Source of the DNA: Torpedo marmorata
Lineage: Eukaryota
Direction of reading: 5' to 3'
Assembly: GCA_977017645.1 (NCBI GenBank)
Contig: OZ360221.1
Location: forward strand, 203,422,001-203,486,000
Length of the DNA: 64,000 nucleotides
A program made the position numbers and the translations under genes. Each line of letters begins with the position of its first letter. Position 1 is the stretch's first letter. This document shows, one piece after another, positions 12,197 to 24,838 of the stretch. Under the pieces are notes generated by a model, which was not told the origin of the DNA, made no database searches, and saw only the letters and a program-made list of their open reading frames with translations.

Positions 12197-15100
12197 ATGG
12201 CCGCAGCAGCCTTTGATACAGCAGCCACTGATGTATCAGCAGCTGACGCAGCAACCGCTGATGTTGCTGTTGAGGACCAACGTATTGATGACATGAAGGT
12301 TACGGATATTAAAGAAGAATTGAAGCGACTGAAAAAGGACATAAGTGGAAATAAAAAGGTTCTTATCGCAAGATTGAAGCTGGCAAAGGAAGAAGAGGCA
12401 GCTTCATCAGATGAACAAGAAGATAACGTGGAAATGGCTGAAATTGTGTCACCAAATGATGAAGAAAATGATGAAGATATTGAAGAGGTTGAAGATGCAA
12501 AGGATATACAATTCGAATTGGATAAAGAGGTAAGTATGAAGACAACATATGAACTGCAGGACGAAATACAAGCAAGTGACAGTGTCTCAACTGCTGAAAG
12601 CAGGAGAAGCAAACAAAGTTCTGGTTTGAGCTCCAGGGTTTCTAGTACTTCAAGTTCTGCATCGTCACGTACAAAGATTGATTTTAAATTGGCCGCTTTT
12701 TTTGCACAACAAAAAACGCTTAAGGATAAACATATTTTAGAACAAAAGGAGGAGCAGCTAAGACAAAAGGAGGAGCAGCTAAAGGAGCAGCTAAGACAAA
12801 AGGAGGAGCAGCTAAAGGAGCAGCTAAGACAAAATGAGAAGCAGCTAAAGGAGCAGCTAAGACAAGAGAAGGAGCAGCTAAGGCAGAGAAAAGAACAGCA
12901 GGAGCTGGAAGCAAACATTGCTATTGCCAAGGCAAAAAAGAAAGCTCAATGGTATCTGGTGCTAGAAGTAAATTATCTAAAGTGTCTGATAATAAAAGGT
13001 CATATTTAAAAAAGGAGTCACAGGAAAAGAAACCAACCAAAAGGATAGATATTTTAGAACCAAGGATACAAAACTTGCATATACAAGGACAAATCTTTCA
13101 AGAGCATATTGGTATCGAGTCACATGTACCAGTGGTAACATCTGAAAGCAAAGCTGCGGCTTGGGTTCGGTCGAACGAAGCAACTTCTTTGTTATTTGAG
13201 TCAAGCATCAGAAATATGGAAGAAACTACACCAGTGAGGTTTCCAGATACATTACCTGCAACAAGAGACAGTGAACAGAGCAATGTATTGTCATCCAAGG
13301 GAAGACAAAATGAAATTGCTACATCATTGATTCAGTTACAGTCTCTCTCTTCTTTACCCAAGAAAGAGATACAAACTTTTGATGGTGATCCACTTCAGTA
13401 TCAATCATTTATGAAATCTTTCAAACGCAATATTGAAAATAAATGTCAAGATCGTGATGAATGTCTTTATTATTTGGAAATGTTCACAAAGGGACATCCA
13501 AAAGAACTGGTAAAGAGTTGTCAACAAATGTCTTCAGAAAGAGGACTAGACAAAGCTAAGGCTTTACTGGAACAACATTTTGGCAACAAGCATCGAATTG
13601 CTTTAGCTTATATAGATAAAGCTCTTAAATGGACATCAATAAAACAAAATGATGTAAAGGCTCTGCAAGAATATACTCTATTTTTAAGAGGATGTTGTAA
13701 TGCTATGGAAGATATTGATAATATTCGTGAGCTTGAAGTGCATAGTAATATGCAAATCATCTTAGAAAAATTACCTTACAAGTTATGGGCTAGATGGAGA
13801 AATTTGGCTTGTGATTTACAAGTAAATTACGGTCGAAGAGCTACCTTAAAGGATTTGGTAAATTTTCTTGAACAACAGGTGTACGTTGAAACAGATCCAC
13901 TATATGGAAATACCAGAGATAATTCAATGGGCAAAGATGTAAGGAAGTCTAATTCACAGCCTAGTCCAAAATTGAAAAGGAGTACTTTTGCTACTAATGT
14001 GTCAGTTATAAGTAAAGAAAAGGACAAAGTAAATAAGGAAAAGGAAAGTTTGCCTGATGAAAAGAGTTGTTTGTTCTGTAAAGGTGGACATGCTTTGGAA
14101 ATGTATTTACGATTGGAAAAGAAGGAACATAAGGAGATGATCGCTTTCTTAAAGGAAAATGGAATATGTTTTAGCTGTCTGTGTAAAGGGCACATCAGTA
14201 AAAACTGCGAGAAGCAAATTAATTGTAACATATGCAATTTGAAACATCCTAGAATTTTGCATATCCATAACAGAAACAAGGAATTGGAAAAGGAGCAAAC
14301 AGAAACAAAGGAAACAACAGAAAACAATGTTATAACCTCGGTTCAGACAAGTGGTCTTACCGGGGCCGGTGTGGATAACTGCAAACTTTCGATAGTGCCT
14401 GTACAAGTGAAGACCAAGAAAGGGGATGCAAAGGTAAAAACATATGCATTTCTTGACCCAGGCAGCACTGCATCTTTTTGCACGGAAGGACTAATGAATA
14501 AACTTAATATTCAAGGAAGAAAATCAAGAATTATGTTAAAAAACCATGGGACAAGAAAAGGTCGTTGAAACCAGCATTGTTTCAGGCTTAGAGGTTGCTG
14601 GATTATATGACAAAAAATTTTGTGATCTTCCAAGTTTATATACTCAGAAGACTATGCCTGTGCATGAAGGAAATATTCCTCATCAAAAGGATATCCAGCT
14701 TATCTGTGGAAGGTTTATTTACCTGAAATTAATTCTGAGATAGAAATGCTGATTGGTTCAGATGTGCCAAAGGTTTTGGAACCAATAGAAGTAATACAGA
14801 GTAGAAGGAATTGACATTACGCTATTAAAAACAAGCTTGGTTGGACAATCAATGGACCATTGGAAAGAAATAATGATATTACTCAGGAACAGTTAGCAAT
14901 AAATATTAATAGAATTTCGGTTGTGAAAGTTGAAGAGTTAAGTGAAGAGCAAAAAACTGTGAATAAGAAAATCACTTTTGAAGAAAAGAAAACAGATCAT
15001 TGTGAAAATAAATCAAGGGTATTTAAAACAACATTGAAGGAATTATTTTCACCAAAAATGGATGAAAGTGAAGTATTAGAAGATGTTGCAAATAATACTA

Positions 15101-15654
15101 TTGATTGTTCATGTGTAATTTAATCAGATACAGGAATAAAACAAGTGACTGAAAACAAATCTGAATGTAGATTTTGTAGTTCAGAGATTACAACAGACAA
15201 AGCTAATGAAGAAATATTGCAATGTGATGTAAAACTGGAGAACACAGAAAATTGTGCTGATGGAATAAAGAATAATGTGAATGATAATTTAATGCAATTG
15301 AATTCAGAGAACAAAATGTTAAAAGGGGAATTGTAAATATTAGATAATCATGAAAACAGTAAACAGAAAGATTTAATTGTAAGTAAAACTCGCAAAGTCA
15401 GAAAGCGGAAGAAAAGAATAACTGCTGAAGAAATGAATACAGTTATTGAGGAAAGAGATTCAGCATTATCAAAATGTAAAAGGTTGGAGGAAGAGATTAA
15501 TATTTTGAAAGAGAACAAGTTATTGGTTAATAACACAAAACAGTTGATTTTAAAAACCAATCAAGAATGTAAATTGAATGTTCAGCTATTAACAATGCAG
15601 AAAGAATGTGATATTGCATTGCAGAAATGTAACAAGCAAGATGAAGAAATTTAA
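12197..15654 (+). pseudogene. SAP-Gag-protease-MIPOL1-like fusion, disrupted
   Basis: Colinear with the intact ORF at 41569-45036, but with frameshifts (~12945, ~14540, ~14700) and stops (14812, 15121, 15334). Confidence 0.88.
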
Positions 15655-16059
15655 AAATTTCAAGTTTGCCACAGCAGGATTGACAATGGAAATATCAATG
15701 TATCACATGATATTTTGACTTCAAATCAAATTATTAATTTCTCGGAAAGAACTGAGACTGAATTGAAAGTTGCAAAATTGGATTTAGAATTGCAGGAAAG
15801 AGCAATAGAAACCAGAGTGGTTAAAGAGACCTGTTTATTAAAATCGAAAGGATCAAATAAATATTCAAATTCTAGTTCTAAGAGTTTAAATTCTTCACAT
15901 GAGAAGTGGAATGCTGAAGAAAGGAATAAAGTGAAACGACATGCTGAACAAGTGCCTCGTGTTAAATTCAAAAGAAAAACTGTATCTATTTTGTCTGAGG
16001 AAGATTTGAGGTTTACTGGTCGACATTTTAACTCAAAGATTATGGAGATAAAAGAACTT

Positions 16060-16245
16060 TAAAGAGACATTGTAATTATTATGGATAATTCAACTCCAAG
16101 AAACTCCTGGTTACTTGAAAAAATTATTGAGACTATTCAAGACAAAGGGACTTGTGCGTCAAGTGCGAATTAAAACTAAGACTGGCTTTCTCAATAGACC
16201 TATTAACAAGGTCTGTCTTTTGTTGGAGACAGAGGAACTTTGATA
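16060..16245 (+). pseudogene. BEL integrase C-terminal (DUF5641-like) remnant
   Basis: Reads DIVIIMDNSTPRNSWLL...GLVRQVRIKTKTGFLNRPINKVCLLLE across a frameshift; typical BEL pol terminus. Confidence 0.8.
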
Positions 16246-16448
16246 AATACAAACTGACTTTATTTGTTGTTGTATACTTCACAGGTTACAGACTTTTGTT
16301 GATTCAGAGTTATGGTAAACTCTGGTTTTATGAAGAAGGAAGAAAGAAGATTTGTATATTGTTTGAATGTTATGGTTATTGTTATTTATAATTTATAGTG
16401 TAATTATTATTTAAGACATTGCGTCTAATTATAATAATTAGGGGCCGG

Positions 16449-17100
16449 TGTAAGAGCCGTAGGCTCAATAACTTACCTTGGTCGCAGTGCTCCGATGCCT
16501 CGACGGGTTATGGAGAAGTCGCGACGTTCGTAGGCCGTCCTCGGCCTGTTTGTGCTCTGCGCATGCGCTGGAGTGCCAACGGGCGCATGCGCAGTCTGAA
16601 ATTGACGTTGTTGTGCGCGGTGCAGTATGGGAGATGTAGTATGCGCGGTGGAGCGTGCGCAGTGGAATAGGAGCATGGAGCATGCGCAAATCGGAATGAA
16701 TAGGAAAAAGATGGCAACATAGGAGGGTGAGTGAGATCACCATATCTTTTATTGACCGTTTCATAGATCGTTTCATAGATCGTTTCATAGATCGTTTCAT
16801 CGAACGTTTTATACATCGTTTCATAGAATGTTTCATTGAACATTAAACTAGTTACTTTGTGGTTTAAAATCGTTTATTTGAACATCTAAATACAGTCTAA
16901 GGAATCATTTAAAGAAACTCATCATACATCGTTTTCAAGAACCGTTTGTACTGAAGTCATTGAAGATTACTGCAAGTCACGTGTGTAAATAAAGTTTTTG
17001 AACATATTGGACTTTGTTGGTAAATTAATTGAAACGCGTCAAAGACAAGTATCTCACTTAGCCTCCAGGTGACTATTGTTGGATAGAAGTCACCATAATA
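16449..17100 (+). repeat. 3' LTR of BEL copy A
   Basis: Follows PPT-like TTAGGGGCCGG; direct repeat of 11072-11742. Confidence 0.92.
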
Positions 17101-18571
17101 GATATCCTCAACATTTCTGTTTTAATCAGGCCTCAATTATACTCGTGCCCAAGAAGAGTGTGGTAACCTGCTTAAATGATTACGAGCAGTGGCACTCACA
17201 TCTCCAGCGATGAAGTTTTTTGAGAGGGTGATGTTGAAGCATATCAGCTCCTGTCTGAGCGGCGACATGGATACATTCCAATTTGCCTACCACAGCAACA
17301 GGTCTACAGCAGATGCCATCTCACTGGCTCGACACAAAGCCCTGAAACACCTGGACAGCAAAGATGCATACATCAAGATGCTCTTTATTGACTACAGTTC
17401 AGCATTCAACACCATCATCCCCGCAAGACTGATCAGCAAACCCCAAGACCTGGGCCTCAATAGCCCATTGTGTAATTGGATCCTGGATTTTTTCACTTCC
17501 AGACCTCAATCAGTGAGGATCAGTAAGAACATCTCCTCCACAATCTCCATCAGTACCAGAGCACCACAGGGATGCATTCTTAGCACCTTGCTCTACTCAC
17601 TTTACACCTATGACTGTGTACCTTGGTGCTCCAACAACACCATCTACAAATTTACTGATGTTATCACGATAGTGGGCTGCATAAAATGGGGAAATTAGTC
17701 CACCCGCATACAGGAGGGAGATTGAAAACTTGGCTGAATGGTGTCTAACAACAACCTCGCTCTCAATGTCACCAAAACCAAGGAGCTGATTGTGGACTTT
17801 AGGAAGGGAAAACCAGAGGTGTACGATCCAGTGATCAAAGGTGGAGAGGGTGAGAAAATTTAAATTCCTGGCAGTCACTTTCTCGGACCCAACACACGAA
17901 TGTCATCATGAAGAAAGTACGTCAGCACCTCTACCTCCTCAGGAGTTTGTGGAGGTTTGGTATGACATCGGAAACCTTGGCAAACCTCTACAGATGTGTG
18001 GTGGAAAGTGTGCTGACCGGCTGCATCACAAATGGTATGGGGCACCAATACCTCTGAGTGGAAAGCCTTGCAAAAGGTAGTGGGCACAGCCCTGTACATC
18101 ACAGGCAAAATCCTCACCACATCGAGAAAATCTACATGGAGCGCTGCCGTTGGAGAGCAGCAGCAATCATCAATGATCCACACTACCCAGGACATATTCT
18201 GTTCTAGCTGTTGCCATTGGAAAGAGGTATAGGTGCCACAAGACTCATACCACCAGGTTCAGGAACAGCTGCTACCCCTCCACCATCAGACTCCGAAACA
18301 GCAAACTCAATCAAAGACTCATTTAAGGACTCTTACTTTGCACATTATTTATTACTGATTTTTTTTTTCTGTATTGCACAGTCAGTTTGTTTACATTTCT
18401 TTGTTTGTTTACATTTCTCTCTTTTGTATACTTATCTTTCCTTGAGTTCAGTTTTTTGCACTACCGATAAATTGAAATTCTGCCTGGCTCGCTGGCCAGC
18501 AGGAAAAAGAATCTCAGGGTTTTATGTTATGTCATGTATGTACTCTGATAATAAATCTGAACTTTGAACTT
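17101..18571 (+). mobile_element. Rex-Babar LINE, 3' part (RT and tail)
   Basis: ALTSPAMKFFER, QFAY, LFIDYSSAFNTI, APQGCILS, IYKFTDV (FADD equivalent), TKTKELIVDFRK; tail AATAAATCTGAACTTTGAACTT. Confidence 0.9.
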
Positions 18572-18743
18572 GGTTAAGGACATCACTGCAGATATCATGT
18601 TTTGGTTGGGCTGCTGGCTCTGCAGTTGTGCTACGTGAAGGTCCACTCTCCCCCGCGGTTCTTTGATGCTCTTTACTGAAGAACACTGCAAGTCTGAACC
18701 TTGCTTCTATTGACAACAACACCTTCTACTGTGTTCCACCAAC

Positions 18744-18996
18744 GACACGGTTAGCATAGCGGTTAGCGCAACGCTGTTACAGTACCAGTGATCGGGACTG
18801 GGGTTCGAATCCCACGCTGTCTGCAAGGAGTTTGTACATTCTCCCCGTGTCTGTGTGAGTTTCCTCTGGGGGCTCCGGTTTCCTCCCACCGTTCGAAACA
18901 TACTGGGGGTTGTAGGTTAATTGGGTGTAATTGGGCGGCACGGGCTCGTGGGCCGAACTGGCCTGTTACCGTGCTGTATATCTAAATTTAAAATTT
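18744..18996 (+). mobile_element. tRNA-derived SINE (V-SINE-like)
   Basis: TAGCATAGCGGTTAGC box A, GGTTCGAATCCC box B, conserved core, AT tail. Confidence 0.9.
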
Positions 18997-20292
18997 GAAC
19001 AGTTGAACCCTCCTGATAAAAACTGCTTGGCTTATGCTCCTCACATGCCAACCTGTGCTCCTCCCACGAACCCCCCCCCCCACCCCACCCACACCCCTAC
19101 ACTTATATTTGGCTTCTGCCTGTTTCTTGCTATTCCTGATGAAGGGTTTTTCATCCCAAAGCGTTGACTATCTATTGCCTTCCATGGGCGCTGCCTGACT
19201 TGTTAAGTTCCTCAAGCCTCGTGGCAGGTATCCGGGGAGCTCGAATGCTTCATGAAAAGACAACTGCACAATCTCAAGGTGAATGGAGACCATGATCTTT
19301 GTACAGGAGTGTGGATTATTGCACATCGCTGTTTCCTCCCCTGTATTAGGATGCTAATGAATTTCTAAGCCTGTACCTTCTCTTGGTCTTATCTGCTGCA
19401 TTGTTAGTAGTCGAGTATCTCTTGATTCTGCACTCAAAACCATATCTTTCCTTATTTGGCATCATTCATCTCCTTTGGCTTTTATTGTGAAAGGGTCTAT
19501 TTTATGAACAAATACAAAAATTACAAATTAAAGTAAAAGGAAATGTAAAATCTTTAGAAATGCTGCATTGGGATCATTGAAATTTAATGGTACTAATGAT
19601 GCTGCCACATTGACATACTTTGATCCCATGTCTTCTGTCCGATATGCATTTATACCATGCTGGCACTTGCTATCTCACTGAATCAGAATTTCCGAGACAC
19701 CATTTTGCCTACAGAAACACTGTTATTTTGAAACAAGATCTCAAATACACATAGCACCCAGTAACCTACCTCGAGTGGTCAGGATTGCAGGGTGAGTTTT
19801 GGAGCCTTATATTTTGGGTGTGGGTGGATTTTCTCAGTTTTCTGCAGAGGTGATGAACAGTCATTTTAACTGCACTGAGTGCTACTATCACAACAATTGT
19901 TGTAAGAGCGAGAAAAATGTGGTTCCATTATTTTATTTTTTGAATAGTAGGTAATTTTCTCCACTGTTTTGGAATGTATCAATCTCCTGCTGTCGAGGAT
20001 TGAAAAGAACAAATTTCTGTTTTCCTTTTTCCTTCACAATAGTTCTGCAAGGGACAAAAGACATTTGGACAGATCTGTGGATGTGAAGGTTTTAGGATAT
20101 GGGCCAAACGAAGGCAAATGGGACTAGCCCAGAATGCCAACAAGGTCAGCATGAATGAGTTGGGCCAAAGGCCCTGTTCTATGCTGTATGACTCAATGAC
20201 AAGCATCTACGTAGGAGACAAGGGATTAAATTGATTATGACTCATGCCAGGAAGCCTTAAATCTTACTTCAATCATTTAAATGCTGAAAAAT

Positions 20293-20622
20293 GGGGAGCA
20301 TGGTTGCACAGCAGTTAGTACTACCACCTCACAGTTCCAGGCAATGAGCTTTGATCCTGACCTTGGGAATTCTCCGTGTGGCAGTGTAGGTTCCTGATGG
20401 GTTTCCTCCCTATTCCCAAAGATGGGCTTGTAGATTAATTAGCGGCAGTAAACTGCCCTGTAAAAGAACCATTTGGGAGTTGAGAGGCACAAAGGAGAGA
20501 GAATAAATTGCCCGGCTATAGTAAAAAAGTAGGGGAATAGGAACAAATGGATTGCTCTGTGGAAGCCAAAATGAACTCTATAGGCTGAATAGCCTTATTC
20601 TGTGCTGTAATAAATAAGTAAG
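20293..20622 (+). mobile_element. Older, diverged tRNA-derived SINE
   Basis: GGAGCATGGTTGCACAGCAGTTAG head, CCCAAAGATG core, TGTGCTGTAATAAATAAGTAAG tail. Confidence 0.55.
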
Positions 20623-21099
20623 CTGCTAAAGCCTGAAACAACCCTCCCCAAACTGCAAAAGGGGCAGGAGGCTATGATGGGGCAGGATGACAATCTTTGA
20701 GTAATACTGGAGATCTAGGAGAAACGAGCCTCCCTCTCCTCCCCCAATAAAGATTTTTCTTGTCTTTCCAATGGCCAGGAGAAGGTGGATTGAAAGGGGA
20801 CATGTGTTCAGCTCAAGGCAGGCTAAATTTGGAGAGGGATCCTAAGACAGACACAAAGCCTTTCATTCTCATGTGCAAGGGGCATACTGCCAAATAAAAG
20901 CCCAGCAGAGAGCAATGGCTTGAAAACGTGCATTGCAACAACCCATTACACTGCTAATTTCTGCACGCTTGAATATCTACTGTTATTTTTGTAAATCAGG
21001 TACCCCTACAATCAGACTTCACACCACAGAGTCAATTTCAAACCATGTTTAGAATCAAAAATGATGGATGTGATGAAATCTCTCTGCAATGTACATATT

Positions 21100-21386
21100 A
21101 AATTTATTTATTTTTTATTTTAAATTTTAAATTTTAAATTTAGACATACAGCACGGTAACAGGCCATTTCGGCCCACGTGTCCGTGCCGCCCAATTTACA
21201 CCCCATTAACCTACACCCCTGGTACGTTTTGAACGGTGGGAGGAAACCGGAGCCCCCGGAGAAAACCTACACAGACACGGGGAGAACGTACAAACTCCTT
21301 ACAGACAGCGCGGGATCCAAACCCCGGTCCAGTCCCGATCGCTGGCGCTGTAAAGGCGTTGCGCTAACCACTATGCCAACCATGCC
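21100..21386 (-). mobile_element. tRNA-derived SINE with TSD
   Basis: Same family as 6121 and 18744; flanked by direct repeat TACATATT (21092-21099 / 21387-21394). Confidence 0.9.
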
Positions 21387-21963
21387 TACATATTTTGCAA
21401 GATGAGAAATTACATTGTGTTTGCATTCTGAGATGTTGTCATTCAAAGGATGAATTAGTACAAGGAAGCATTTCCAACTATTCACAAAAGTATACCACTA
21501 CCAACTGATTATACAACATTCCTTGTGAATGAAGGAAAATCTGTTCTTTAGTATTTTTATTAATCATGGCATTTTTATAGAGATTAATGTTGTCTGTCTC
21601 ACCATCAGTTCTAAAGATTTTTATTCTGTACTAAATTCCTAATTTCCTAACCCTTAGCATTCTCTGATTGACTGCTGATTGCTGAATACTTTCACAATTT
21701 CTGATATTAGCTCTTCATTAGAAAATGAATGTGCAAACATTTGCTTCAGAGTAAATGTGATACGCATGGTAATAAGCAATATGAAGCACAATGAAAAACC
21801 AACAATCCCTTGGACAGTGAAGCTTTTTATATATGATTAAAACAGAGTGATGAAGCAGAATAGAACTCTTTTCTCGGATAGCAATTTAACTATGCACCAT
21901 GACTGTGGTCATACAAAAATCCATGCATGTTTATGATGCATGAATAGTACATACAAAGTCATT

Positions 21964-23560
21964 CACTGCCCTCCATAATGTTTGGGACAAAGACACTTTT
22001 TTTCCTTTATTTGCCCCTGTGCTCCACAGTTTTAAATTTGTAATCAAACAATTCACATGTGATTAAAGTGCACATTCCACAGTTTATTCAAGATTATTTG
22101 TATACATTTTGGTTTGACCATGTAGAAATTACAGCACTTTTTATACATAGTCCCCTCATTTCAGGGCACCATAATGTTTGGGACATTTGGCTTCACAGGT
22201 GTTTGTGATTACTCAGGTATGTTTAATTGCTTCATTGGTGCAGGTATAAGAGAGCTAGGCTTGCTTCTAAGCTTTTGATCACCTTTGGAGTCTGCAGTTG
22301 ACATTTTTCAACATGAGGACTAGAGTTGTGCCAATGAAAGTCAAAGAAGCCATTATGAGGCTGAAAAACAAGAATAAAACAGTAAGAGACATTGCCCAAA
22401 CTTAAATAATGTTCCAAACTGTTGATTTTGATAATCCTAAGAAGAGCGTACTGCTGAGCTCAGTAACTGCAAAGCGACTGGTAGGCCAAGGAAGACCTCC
22501 ACTGCTGGTGACAGAAGAATTCTCATCATAATGAAGAAAAATCCCCAAACGCTTGTCCGACAGATCAGAATCACTCTTCAGGAGGCAGGTGTGGATATGT
22601 CAATGACGACTGTCCGCAGAAGACTTCACAAACAGAAATACAGAGGCTGCACTGCAAGATGCAAACCATTAGTTAGCCACAGAAAGGATGGCCAGATTAC
22701 AGTTTGCTAAGAAGTATTTAAAAGAGCCTGCATAATTCTGGAAAAAGGTCTCGTAGACAGATGAGACCAAGATTAACCTGTATCAGAGTGATGGCAAGAG
22801 CAAAGTGTGGAGGTGTAAAGGAAATGCCCAAGATCCAAAGCATTCCACCTTTACCATGGTTTGCATCTTACAGTGCAGCCTCTGTATTTCTGTTCATGAA
22901 GTCTTCTGCAGACAGTAGTCATTGACATATCCACACCTGCCTCCTGAGGAGTGTTTCTGATCTGTTGAACATACGTTTGAGGATTTTTCTTCATTATGAT
23001 GAGAATTCTTCTGTCATCAGCAGTGGGGATCTTCCTTGGCTTATCAGTCCCTTTGCAATTACTGAGCTCACCAGTGCTCTCTTTCTACTTAATGATGTTC
23101 CAAACTGTTGATTTTGGTAATCCTAAGGTTTGGGTGATGTCTTACTGTTTTATTCTTGTTTTTCAGCCTCATGATGGCTTCTTTGACTTTCATTGGCACA
23201 ACTCTGGTCCTTGTGTTGAAAAATGTAAACTGCAGACTCCAAAGGTGATAAAAAGCTTCGAAGCAAGCCTAGCTCTCTTATACCTGCACCAATGAAGCAA
23301 TTAAACATACCTGAGTAATCACAAACACCTGTGAAGCCAAATGTCCCAAACATTATGGTGTCCTGAAATGAGGGAACTATGTATAAAAAGTGCTGTGATT
23401 TCTACATGGTCAAACCAAAATGTATACAAATAACCTTGAATAAAATCTGGAAAATGCACTTTAATTACATATGAATTGTTTGATTACAAATTTAAAACTG
23501 TGGAGCACAGGGGCAAATAAAGGAAAAAAAGTGTCTTTGTCCCAAACATGGAGGGCAGTG
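21964..23560. mobile_element. Tc1-like IR/DR transposon, foldback non-autonomous derivative
   Basis: TIR CACTGCCCTCCA...TGGAGGGCAGTG then TA; internal DR CATAATGTTTGGGACA; transposase N-terminus (MRTRVVPMKVKEAIMRL, GRPRKT, TDETKINLY) on +, repeated inverted in the right arm. Confidence 0.88.
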
Positions 23561-24084
23561 TACCTTTATACTGTATGAAATAAACTTGCTTACTTCTTTG
23601 TCTAGAAACGCTCACAATAAATGATGTCAAAGAATTTGTTATCTCAAAAATTGGGACAATTAATGCGTGCTAATATCCTTGTTTCGTCCTACATTCTTTA
23701 AATTATTTTGTGTTAATAGTAAAATACCTATTGTCAATTACAGAAAAGAAAGATCGTGCTTGTAACTATTATCAGGAGTCATCAAAGAATTCTAAAATGA
23801 ATGAGGTAAGTGAAGGATAGGCAAGTGTGTTTGAGTCTTTTTGTTTTACAGGGGTATTGTTCTTTTGCTCCACGTGCATGATTGATGGGTCCTTAGGTTT
23901 CTGGTGGCCTCAATTCTAGCTGAAAACTTTAGAAGACATTCTCACATTACATCACAGCTGAAAGACTTTTTAATACAGGAAACCATAATGACTGCTCAGC
24001 AGTATTTGACACATCTGTGTAGTTATCAGCTCTTTGAACTGTGGAAATCTTTTTAACTTTATTTTGAAAAATGTATTTCTAATG

Positions 24085-24838
24085 TTCTTTTCCTTTTTAT
24101 TGTCATGTAATAATACAAAAAATGTAATATACATGATATACTTCAACTTTTGCCTGCTGTAAGACAAACAATGAGTCACCATTTGCATTGCCTGGTGTCC
24201 CTAACAATAAGAGAAAGAGAAGCAAAAGAGAGTCCATTCAGAGATATTGAGTGTCTGTGGATTTGCCTCCAGTGCTCCCGCAGCCTCTGCAGCTGCACAG
24301 AATTCTGTTCAAACCATTGGCAACCCGAGGTCCAGATCCAAACCTCCAATATGATCAAGAAACCTTCAGCACCTGAGGCCCTTTGGGAGCCCTTCTTGCT
24401 CTCATGACCCTCTCAAATCCTGATTCCGATACCTGGGTCACAAGAGCCAGTCTCCAGCAGCCCACAGCCTGTGTGAGTCCTTCAGCCACTGAACCCCTCG
24501 CTGGTCCATTGTCATGATCACCTTCCCTGTAGGGTTATCTCCCAAGCTTCTCCATCTGAACGAGGGGTGTTCTCCCCATTTCTGGTGCCTTGCGCTGGAC
24601 CGCTGCTCCCCTGGAGTCGGCAGCCCCTTGTGGTACGCTGCCCAACACAGGTGCTGCAATCTTGGGCACAGACGCCAGTGGTTACAGGATGTTAAAAAAA
24701 AACACCATCAGCTCCTCTAGCAGGCTGTTTAAAGCCTGTGTGGAGCCATTGGCATCAGGGCCTGGCAGTAGGACCCTGCGAGCAGAGCTGTGTCTCCGCT
24801 TTCCTCTCTCCCAGCAGCTCCGGCAGCACCGCCATTTT
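24085..24838 (-). mobile_element. ~0.8-kb non-tRNA retroposon, copy 2
   Basis: Reverse complement of the family at 57030-57865; 5' end AAAATGGCGGTGCTGCCGGAGC. Confidence 0.8.

Larger units (their letters stand above)
11072..17100 (+). mobile_element. Non-autonomous BEL/Pao LTR retrotransposon, copy A (decaying)
   Basis: LTRs 11072-11742 and 16449-17100; 5-bp TSD GATAT (11067-11071 / 17101-17105); BEL Gag, protease and integrase C-terminal remnant; no RT/RH/IN core. Confidence 0.93.

Noticed and set aside
18744-18815. tRNA gene
   Set aside because: tRNA-like head of a SINE, followed by SINE core and tail; no full cloverleaf
19714-19791. Possible host exon ending GG|GTGAGT
   Set aside because: Peptide not recognised; such signals occur by chance in 64 kb
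23744-23805. Possible 62-bp host exon (TTACAG / GAG|GTAAGT, open frame KKDRACNYYQESSKNSKMNE)
   Set aside because: Good splice signals but no recognisable protein and no linked exons; needs RNA-seq
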